Source of the DNA: Lingula anatina
Taxonomy: Eukaryota; Animalia; Brachiopoda
DNA: 64,000 bases
Direction of reading: 5' to 3'
Assembly: GCA_051362555.1 (NCBI GenBank)
Contig: CM120645.1
Span: 15,872,001 to 15,936,000, forward strand
Part shown: positions 56,001 through 64,000 of the stretch, piece by piece
How positions within the stretch are numbered: position 1 is the first letter of the stretch
Layout of the letters: each line of letters starts with the position of its first letter
Made by a program: the position numbers and the translations under genes
The notes under the pieces: generated by a model
What the model saw: the letters and a program-made list of their open reading frames with translations, nothing else
Told to the model about the DNA's origin: nothing
The model's database searches: none

Positions 56001-59000
56001 TTATGAACCTAGAAATTTAGCGCTTGAAACCTAGTTCAGAGGTGAATGTCCCAAGATGTTTCTAAGAGTTGTCAAACTTGAAACGTTTCGACCCATATCC
56101 ATCGCACTTCTATATTCTGTCTGGAATGATCGTGACCTCTCGTGAATCAGCGAGACTGCAAAACTTGCAGACGACCCGACTTGGTTGAGAAACACAGGGT
56201 GTGATAGAGCCAACCAATTTCAAATAACAGATTAATTCATGTGACACATAAATTCCTGACGCTCCGAGTTTTTGAGGTAGTTTTATTTTACCCGTCGTTC
56301 ATGATTCCATGATTCCAATAAACGCATTTAAAACTGCACTTACTGCATGAAAAGACAAGCAATTCTAGACTTCTAGTAGCAGTGAGAAATCTAATTCAAC
56401 GATCAGATCAAAGTCACAGAAATTGGGGAATGATAAGGCCTACCAGGTAGTGGAGCTAATTTTGAAACAATATTTGCCAGGTCTACTATAGTCTCTTTTA
56501 TGACAAGAAAACCCTCCGCTATATTTACAAATTTCTTCAATTTTGTAGCAGGCTACAGGGGCGGATCCAGGATTATTTGAAGGTGGGTTCCGTTTTATAG
56601 GAACGACAGGCCGCGGATGCGAAGCCGACCCTTCCCATCCCACCCTCGACGTGGGGTTCGGGACCCGCTGAAGGACCCCGAAATTTTTTGGTATTTAAAG
56701 GGCGAACGGTGCCACTTGCTACTGTTTACAACTATGGTTCAGCTAGTCAAAGTTCTAATTTCAAGAGGGGACCACTGGTGTGATTTTATTTTCACAAATC
56801 GAACGGGGGGTCAGGACCCCCCTGACACCCCCACTCTAAATCCGCCACTGGGCTATATTAGAAGTCCCTGTGATATTACAGAGTACGAGCTTCACCACAA
56901 TTCAATGTACATGTACCTATTTTTGCATACCTTTTGCAGCGAAGCTCAAGTCCTTTGGACATCTCGCTGACATCTTTGATCAAAGTACCGTTATTTACCC
57001 GTCGATAGAACTTGAAAAGGTCGCACAAGGAATTCCTTAAGCATTCAGTGCATCAGTCAGTCTTGTAAGGTAAAAATGTCAACTGATCTGAGAGTGAAAT
57101 GAACATCGCCATGGCAACAATGTGACGCTACACCTCGCCCAAGCACGCACCACCAATGTAGATTTTCGTGCATAATACCCAGTGTGGAAACAACACTCTT
57201 CCGTTAAGGCTGTCCTGCATGCCACATAAACACTTGGATGAAGGGAAGAAGAGTCTTAACACCTGTATCCAATGCTGACATTCGCAAACACGTTCGCATT
57301 AACACATTTCGAATTGCTTTTTGGGTAGTCAAAATAAACGAGAAGACCCATTTACAACTGCGCAGATAAGGGAATGGTGTATATTCAACACAGGTGTATC
57401 CAAAATCAATTTTTCTGGTAACAAGTGGACACAAAACACATTAGAAGATTGCTTTTTCTGGAAGGCAATACGATAGGGAAAATGTAGGCAGACAGTTTTT
57501 AACATGTCAGGCCCAAAACCGCAAATTTATTTAATGTTGGGGCTTTAGGATTATTGCGCATTTTCTGGAATTCAAATGTCGAGGGGACGTTAGAAAGATG
57601 TCACACGATGAGGCTTTGAAAAAAAATTAAACGCATTTAAAACTGCACTTACTGAAAAGACAAGCAAATGTAATATGTAAGGCGCTGGCGTATACGTGGA
57701 ATAGGGACTCTTCACGAACTTATTTTAAAACACTATCTCCCATTATGCTCGCCATTTTCCGGAAATCAGACTGAACAAATTTGGAACAAAATAACGCTGT
57801 TAGATATGTCAATATTAAAGGAAGTATACACCCTACACTAAAACATCGCAACGGATTAACGTGTATCATGCTGGATTTTCTAGCAGTCAAAACACAGAGA
57901 TGATAAGTTTGCATAACACCTCATTCCGTTGATAAGGTAAGAACTACGGCGTATTTGAACCTGATAACGTACAATATCATCTGAGAGCATTGGTAATGCA
58001 AGTGTTCCGAGACACGCGGTTTTATTTGTTCAGCTAAACCATGACGATCAACAGCGAAACATAATAAACGTAAAAGATCAGGTTCGAAGAAAAAAAATTC
58101 CATCGTTCTTCTGATAAAGCCACCTAAAGTCATCCTTTTCAAGTAGATCAGGGTCAGTGGCTGTCTAACATAGGGTCCCATTTCTGATAGAGCCATCTTT
58201 AATACATTTGAGAAGATACGATTGCGATACCGTAATGTAAACAGTGCAACACTGATGCGCATGTTCCGCCATGAAGCCATGTCGATCAGCCTGGATACCA
58301 GAGAGGGTCGACCCTCTACCAAGGCCACAAATTGACATTTCACTAGATATTCACTGATACGTCAATGGTTGATTCATGGCATTTTATTTTTGCACTGCAC
58401 GCGTCAAAGAAAATTGCAAATTATTAATCTGCGGCCTAACTTCACGATCCTCTATCATAACGAAGATGGGGATTTACAAAATGATATTTGCGGATCACTT
58501 TTTGTATCCCAATTGGTATTATTACAATGATTTTTTAAAAACGTTAATGTAATAGTCAATCATAGCTAATTCACAGATCAATTCCCCCATTGATTTGCAA
58601 GGTTTTTTTTTTTTTAAACCTGAGAGGCTTCCGTCAGCTGGTCTGCAAAAAAGTGGCGTCAATCTCCATCCAGACAGTGACGTCACTTGAAAAAGGCCTA
58701 TACAATATATAACACAAATTCCTGAACATATCCACCGATTTAAATGATTGTTTTTCTTTTTATCAAGAGCTTATAAAATATGTAGGTTTTACCTCCAATA
58801 TTTCTGTGACTGTCAGTCACCATCATCAGGGAGTAAATGATTAGGGTCATGACTAGGGACATGTAAATGACTAGGTAAAACCTACATATTTTATAAGCTC
58901 TTGATAAAAAGAAAAACTATCAATTAAATTTATACATACAGAGCTAATGAAACTCTTCTCTCATATCCACTGATCTTTATGCTTTAAAAAAGTGGTAATC

Positions 59001-62000
59001 ACCCTGAAATTCATAGCAGTTTTGATAATTCCCTCACAGAATACACCACGTAGAAAACATCAGGCATAAAATGGAATGCTTTCAAGATAACTTTACTTGA
59101 AGGTACTCTTGCACATGCCCAACAAGTTTGGGAAGACACTAAAAACTCATTTCTCAAATATCAGCATCCCTCTTCCCCTTCCAGTAAAAGATTTTTTTAG
59201 TCATTACCACCAGTTTTTGTAAATTAAAAATTATATATTTTTTAATATGGACACTTCCTTTTTCATGTGGAATTTACAAAGCCAGAGAGGGCACTGAAAT
59301 CTGCTATATGGAATGCATAAGAAGACACTTTTAAATTTCACAATCCTCATTTTGAAGGAAAAAAATGTGAAATTATGCTTCTTAGCCCAAAGTCTTACCT
59401 GTTGTAAAACATGTGTCCATCTTTTCGCTTTCTTTTCTCTAGTAGCTCAATATTTCAGAGTGGAAAGATGATTTATTATATGTCTCAATAGTATGACAAC
59501 ATCAAGTCCATGACGCTAAGATAAAGTCAGTGTTGTCTGCATGACAAAAATCACTCACACAAACCTGTTTTGTCTGGCTTATAAACTATTTAAGATTCAA
59601 AAGATAAAAGAACATATAATTCATAAAGAAAAATAAATGATATTTTTTCCAATATGTGATATGGATAAATTTTTTTGTCATACAAGGTCTTACATTTGTC
59701 ACACACTGTTCATTACACAGAATAATATTCTGATGTATCCTATTTTACATAAACTTATAATTTAGACAGAGTGAGAGATCACTGTCATTTAAACCAGCTG
59801 AATGCCTTTCAACTGCCCTCGTTCATATCCCCCTCTTTCTCAGTTGAAGTTGTATGAGATATGTATGAACGGTTCTTCCATAATATCAAGGATTACCACA
59901 TCAGTGGATTTATAGCTGTCATGTCTGAAGCTGGCATCAATCTTTAGTGCCTTTCATCTTTGCTACTGAGTTTTAAAAGCATTATCTCATCAAGTAAGAA
60001 TTTTAAAAAGAGGATTCTCAGGACTACAGTTTTCTATAAAAGAAGTCCTTTTTTGTGGTGGTTATTGTTGTTGCCATTACCTGAAATGAGATATTTCTCT
60101 TGAAATCTTAACTATGACACTGATTTCAATGTCATCATGGTTATGATGTGGAAAGGATGTGGTTTTAACCTGGTTTTAATGTGGTTCTAATGTTTTGTAT
60201 CTGACTTTGTATGGTTTTAGTATGGTTTGAACCTGGCTCTGAATTGGACTAAACCTGGTTCTAAGCTGGTTTACAATCCAATTTTGTTTCATTTATAATA
60301 AAGCTAACATGAAATCTGCTCTTTATATTTTAACTCCAGCTTGACTGTCAGTATAAAGTTTCTCCTGTTGTTGATGCTGTATCACAGACAAAGGAAGAAA
60401 AAAATCTGAGGTCTGATTTTTGCCTCTGGTTATAACAAATATCTACAGTAAACAAAAGCTGGCAATGTGATCATTAATATCCTCCATGGCAACATTAGTT
60501 TGTGAAAACATCATTAAAACATCTTCTCTAATGATTTTTCCTTGTTCAAGGAAACCACGCAAACCTGAGGGCAAAGATAAATGTGTAGCTTGTGGCATTT
60601 TTTTCACTAGGGAAGAACTTTGGGGAATTTACTATAGATGCCTGAGGCAGTGGAAAACGTGTGGTTATTTATGGGTCGTTCTTCAATTTACTTCTCAGAA
60701 AGCAATAACGTGTTATGTGGCATGTGAAAATCAGTTTATGCCTGACAATTGATATGCCGATGCAAAACCTGTGAAAATTAGTCCTACCTTAAAGATTAAT
60801 CTAGTTGTCAACTGAAATGGTAATGTAATGAAGTTTCATGACTAAACTCTTCTGATGAATATTAATATGAAAATCTATTAGCACTTAAACTGATTTGTAG
60901 AGAAGTCAAGAACAATTGTAATGATATTAATTAACGTATTACAGGTATCAGGCTGGCTATGTATACGTTTAACAGGGAGGGGATATTCAGAAATGTGACA
61001 GGTAAAAAAGTGCACATGCATGAAGACCGATTTTCCGAGTATTTGAAATATTCAAAATGTGTGAAAATCAGCTTCCACATCCAAGCTGTTTTTCATTCCA
61101 TATTAATTCACAAAATTGTGATATTGTAGCTCAATGAACACTGTATGCAAGACTGAGTCAGCCGTACTTTTTATTCAAAATCAATAAGGCTATAATATTA
61201 ATTATCTGATGTGATTCAACTGGAACCATTTAAATTGATAAATATTATATAAGCAGATTTTGTTCTCATTTCTTACTGTAAACATACAGATGATTTATAA
61301 AGAGCTTCCTTTGATGTATTAGATTTTTTATGACCAATATCCCGGTAACTCTCTAGTGTATAACTTGTGTTTACAGACTAAAACCCATTGATCGATTTTT
61401 TGTTTGTAAAAAAAAAGTTGCACACATCTGTGTGAAATCAATATAGGATTGATACAATCTACATTGGAAATATCTATACAGAAAAAAAAAACACGGTTCT
61501 TAGTGGGTCTTGTTGATTTGTTTGATATATCAAATACGATGAAGTAAACATGTCATTCAGGTTTATAGTAAGTCACGAAAAAATACTGCACCGAATCAAC
61601 CATGCAGAATTAGGTATCAAACTTCATTTCATTATTTAATTAATCATTTCCTGTGATCAATTATACTGTAAGCAGATAAAAAAAGAGACAATCAATACCG
61701 ACAGGAAATCATTTATCTATTACTTCATCTAATTACGTCTTTTTAATCCTTAGCCTGACAGGCGTCTCTGTATTTGGTAATTCATACATTTCGAGAAACA
61801 ATGACATCAAGTTAAGATTATAAGGAATGTGTGCTCTCGAATAATACGTGAAGCAGCAGCTGATGTGTCCTATTCACTAGGGATAGCTAATATATAGCTT
61901 TAAAAAAGAAAAGAAAGTCAAAAGAAAAGTGTGGGTCTGTTCCTGAATTCTAGCTTGAATGTTAGTCAAAAGTTTCAGCCCCAAATTCAAGTCTTTGACC

Positions 62001-63660
62001 CTAGATACTTCAGTAGCATACCATTTACTAATAGATGAAATTTCCTTTTTATAACAAATGGATTTATAACAACTGCACAGCTATCACAAATTGAAGTAAT
62101 TTCAATAATTTTGGTCTGAAAATTAAGACTAAAGCTCTGTTAATTAGGCCCCTAGGGTCAGTTTCATAAAATGGCTATAGCCCCAAAACTGCTCTAAACT
62201 TTTACGACTTAAAATCAGGTGTACTAGTCTAAGATAAATCCAATATTATGGTATGCCAACAAAGAAACATAAGCTAATCTAATGTAAAAAAAAAAAAAAA
62301 AATACAGGCACATTACTGGTATTTCTTTCTTTTGGACCACTAACAATTGATCTTGTGTCATAGCCAACAAAAACTGGTCTCAAAGTTTAGACTTGTAGAA
62401 TTATTCAGGCTACAGCTCTTTTGAGACACAAACCTCTGGTGTTGAAATAGGGAGAACAAACATGTCAGCAGTGCAATAACTGCACATGTTCGCCCTCATG
62501 TTTTTATCTAGCATCTGTCAAAACAAAGTGTAAACACATGTTTATAGGGGCTGGGATAGCAACATGGGCATTTTTCTGTAGGTGACAAGTGCAGGTAGGT
62601 GGTACAACTGTTATATGATGGTCATGTGGAGCCCTTTTCACATTCTGTGGTATACTTCTCTGCATTGCAACATTTTAACTGGTCCTAACATGTAGGTTCT
62701 TTTGCTCCTTTTTACAGTTTCACTTCCAGCTATTTGGACCAATTAAAATTAATCAAGTTAACTGACTGTGTCTAGTGCAGAGGGCTTCTTTGCGGTGACT
62801 CCCATATGTAACAACCATGAAATTTAAGCCATTAGTCTCCGAAAAACGCTGCAATACAGTTAAGTGTACCACTTGGAGTGTCAAGGGATTATTATTTATT
62901 CAACAGCATGCTTTTTCTTTACATTCAAATACGGGTAAGTATGCTGGTATCAACATACCGCATATTCCATTTTTTTTCATGGACTGCTTTTTTCTGAGTT
63001 ACTTTTCCCAACATCAGTATATTTGCTATGGTGGTCTGAATACACTGCCAGCTACTTGAAATCCACAGCTTTTAGTTGTACATGTACAGTCACTGGGGAA
63101 AAAGCTCTTTGCCCGCCCTGAGCTGCACTTACAAACCATGTCCTTTCAAATTCCAAGAAATTGGGTTCAGTATTCAGAATTGTGGAAAAATTAAATGGTT
63201 TGGACAGTTTCAAATGTGTTCAACGTATTTAGATTGCTTTGTAATCAGTCTTGTGTTGTGATTAAGTGCTTGACTTTAGGACATTTTACGTTGTGGGATT
63301 CAGGTGCATAATTAGTATGAACATTATGAATATTAGGACCTTTTAAAAGCATATGCACTTGTCTTTAGTCTTATATTATAATGGACATACATGTGTGAAC
63401 AACAATGAAAATCTTTCTTTTAATAATAAAAACTGAGATTATAAAATTAAGCATAAAAAAACTTTAAAATAATGAATCAAACACGATGAACTTACGTCTT
63501 TTCAGAGAGGCTGCTTGGAGCACCGCAGTAACAACATCACAGTTCTTCTGCAGTTTGGCTTTCATGTGGTCGCGCTTTCGTAACTGACGCACCAGCCGCG
63601 TGTTCATCTGTGCCACCGTGTGCTTCAGTTCGTGAACCATTCTTCTCAGTTCTGCTTCTT
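31839..63660 (-). CDS. TBC1D30: TBC1 domain family member 30 (Rab GTPase-activating protein), multi-exon, 5' end outside window
   Basis: 11 GT-AG exons join in frame. Peptides closely resemble TBC1D30 as recalled ([92 protein letters not shown]). R-finger (IxxDxxR) and Q-finger (YxQ) are intact. Confidence 0.95.
33683..33867 (-). CDS. TBC1D30: TBC1D30 exon (ANARHHE...AINHLFLGK...EVQQQ)
   Basis: Acceptor ggtcattccAG, donor CAG|GTGATT, 185 nt, phase 1-0. Confidence 0.82.
35408..35608 (-). CDS. TBC1D30: TBC1D30 exon (DLGVTPSLT...[16 protein letters not shown]...HIMLQ)
   Basis: AG/GT boundaries, 201 nt, phase 1-1. Confidence 0.88.
36461..36695 (-). CDS. TBC1D30: TBC1D30 exon ([20 protein letters not shown]...SPSK)
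   Basis: AG/GT boundaries, 235 nt, phase 0-1. Confidence 0.9.
37700..37805 (-). CDS. TBC1D30: TBC1D30 exon ([12 protein letters not shown]...DSLIK)
   Basis: AG/GTAAGT boundaries, 106 nt, phase 2-0. Confidence 0.92.
38039..38205. repeat. Degenerate array of palindromic TCCTATAGGA units bounded by ATAGAC/GTCTAT (probable MITE)
   Basis: Multiple tcctatagga-like units 25 bp from an exon donor. Confidence 0.55.
38231..38402 (-). CDS. TBC1D30: TBC1D30 exon ([16 protein letters not shown]...IWAKLA)
   Basis: AG/GTAAGT boundaries, 172 nt, phase 1-2. Confidence 0.95.
40377..40722 (+). pseudogene. Degraded LINE ORF1p (L1/L2/CR1 Transposase_22-like) relic, antisense in a TBC1D30 intron
   Basis: Broken translation [17 protein letters not shown]...[24 protein letters not shown]...[16 protein letters not shown] resembles the ORF1p coiled coil plus the RSMRxNLxF, HRxG and RPIxAKF motifs. 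Confidence 0.6.
41647..41812 (-). CDS. TBC1D30: TBC1D30 exon ([11 protein letters not shown]...AAKDCT)
   Basis: AG/GTAAG boundaries, 166 nt, phase 0-1. Confidence 0.95.
42231..42416 (-). CDS. TBC1D30: TBC1D30 catalytic exon (DLHRTGC...YCQGFN...DTLK)
   Basis: AG/GTAAG boundaries, 186 nt; carries the R- and Q-finger residues. Confidence 0.95.
42397..42665. repeat. 91-bp tandem repeat (about 3 copies) spanning an exon acceptor
   Basis: Units start at 42397, 42488 and 42579 (cagcctgtcctgtg.agatcctgaaatat...). Confidence 0.9.
44057..44182 (-). CDS. TBC1D30: TBC1D30 exon (VWLSLADNH...GLQIVK)
   Basis: AG/GT boundaries, 126 nt, phase 0-0. Confidence 0.93.
44808..44935 (-). CDS. TBC1D30: TBC1D30 exon ([11 protein letters not shown]...GIPKEFRRK)
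   Basis: AG/GT boundaries, 128 nt, phase 1-0. Confidence 0.92.
45920..46087. mobile_element. MITE CAGGGGCGGAT...ATCCGCCCCTG with 5-bp TSD CTACA
   Basis: Short TIRs; CTACA at 45915-45919 and 46088-46092. Confidence 0.85.
47037..47285. mobile_element. PIF/Harbinger-type fold-back MITE, ~100-bp arms, TTA TSD
   Basis: TTA|GGCTGCGTTCACATGAAAAA ... TTTTTCATGTGAATGCAGCC|TTA; arms pair almost to the centre. Confidence 0.9.
47677..47714. repeat. (AAAT)n microsatellite
   Basis: Directly visible. Confidence 0.9.
49975..50009. repeat. (AC)n microsatellite
   Basis: Directly visible. Confidence 0.9.
50812..50982. mobile_element. Old imperfect inverted-repeat element
   Basis: gagcctagtttcaattac / gtaattgaaacacggctc arms, ending in a poly-G tract. 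Confidence 0.4.
52705..52819 (-). CDS. TBC1D30: Putative alternative first coding exon of TBC1D30 ([39 protein letters not shown])
   Basis: ATG at 52819 with an upstream in-frame TGA, 115 nt open, donor CAG|GTAATG in phase 1 matching the 44935 acceptor. Lies at the edge of a CpG-rich region. Confidence 0.6.
52820..54900 (-). promoter_or_regulatory. CpG-rich internal promoter region for the short TBC1D30 isoform
   Basis: Visibly higher CpG than the flanking gene body. Perfect CRE TGACGTCA at 53529-53536, X-box-like GTTACCATGACAAC at 54476-54489, several ATCGAT cores. Confidence 0.5.
56556..56850. mobile_element. MITE CAGGGGCGGAT...ATCCGCCACTG with 5-bp TSD GGCTA
   Basis: Same TIR family as 45920-46087; GGCTA at 56551-56555 and 56851-56855. 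Confidence 0.85.
58738..58929. mobile_element. Penelope-like element terminal-repeat relic (inverted ~57-bp arms enclosing the hammerhead core)
   Basis: 58738-58794 is the near-perfect reverse complement of 58873-58929; the spacer holds the hammerhead core. Confidence 0.55.
58786..58838 (-). ncRNA. Minimal type I hammerhead ribozyme-like motif
   Basis: Minus strand tttactcc-CTGATGA-tg GTGACT gac AGTCAC a-GAAA-TATT-gga g gtaaa: conserved core, stem II hairpin, palindromic AATATT stem III, and a stem I formed by tttactcc/gga(g)gtaaa. Confidence 0.6.
60160..60275. repeat. Degenerate ~10-12-bp minisatellite (TGGTTTTAACC-like)
   Basis: Repeated tggtt(t/c)taa units. Confidence 0.55.
63496..63660 (-). 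CDS. TBC1D30: TBC1D30 long-isoform coiled-coil exon ([12 protein letters not shown]...QAASLKR), phase 1-1
   Basis: Acceptor ttttcttccacAG, donor C|GTAAG, 165 nt. Joins the 44935 exon to give SLKRRVDSRIKF, like vertebrate SQKRRVDTKLKF. Confidence 0.9.
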
Positions 63661-64000
63661 CTGTGGAAGAAAATATCACAGGGGTGAGTTTTAAAATCAT
63701 TTTCTATGTATAAAACTATATACCACTATCAAGCACACACTGACAGGCATAAAAAGCATCAATATTTATATACTATCCAGTTCCTTTCTATTACTTTTAA
63801 ACCATCTTCAGCCACACCTTCTAAAACATATGTTGAATTGTGTGAATCCATTCCATTAATATCAATGATAAAATACATAGTAGTCTTCAATGTTTTTTTT
63901 TTTTTTGCAATGTGTCGTACATTGGGAAACTGATCTGCGTGATTCCAGTGAATCTGAGATGTCTGATGTAAAAATACATTGAAATTTATCATTGCTATAG

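Noticed and set aside
57921-58343. 140-aa minus-strand ORF within the large intron
   Set aside because: Non-ATG start, no recognisable domain and no convincing splice signals; probably chance or a repeat relic.
60852-60876. CTGATGA-atattaatat-GAAA hammerhead-like string (also CTGATGA-cag-GAAAC at ~19214)
   Set aside because: No credible stem I or stem III, and stem II is all A-U or too short; likely chance.
62152-62440. Possible old MITE (agggtcagtttcataaaa...ttttgagacacaaacctctg)
   Set aside because: Termini too degenerate and no TSD identifiable by eye.

Overview
AT-rich, intron-containing animal DNA, most likely a marine invertebrate (lophotrochozoan-like; inferred from gene structure and repeat content). 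No prokaryotic, CRISPR, rRNA or tRNA features were seen. Two genes lie tail to tail. (1) A 435-aa class A GPCR with an uninterrupted CDS (24104-25411, +), melanocortin/MECA-like TM1 and TM7 motifs, and no DRY motif. (2) A TBC1D30 Rab-GAP orthologue on the minus strand, rebuilt by hand from 11 phase-compatible GT-AG exons (63660 down to 31839); its 5' end lies beyond the window. An in-frame alternative first exon (52819-52705) sits in a CpG-rich internal promoter with X-box-like and CRE motifs. The rest is non-autonomous DNA transposons (Harbinger-like with TAA/TTA TSDs; CAGG..C(C/A)CTG elements with 5-bp TSDs), a three-level nested insertion, a LINE ORF1 relic, microsatellites and local duplications. 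Best leads: a minimal hammerhead-ribozyme motif in a Penelope-like inverted repeat, sense to the TBC1D30 pre-mRNA; triplicated decoy splice acceptors before the catalytic R-finger exon; the internal promoter/short isoform; and the DRY-less receptor. All calls are by eye and need alignment and RNA-seq confirmation.
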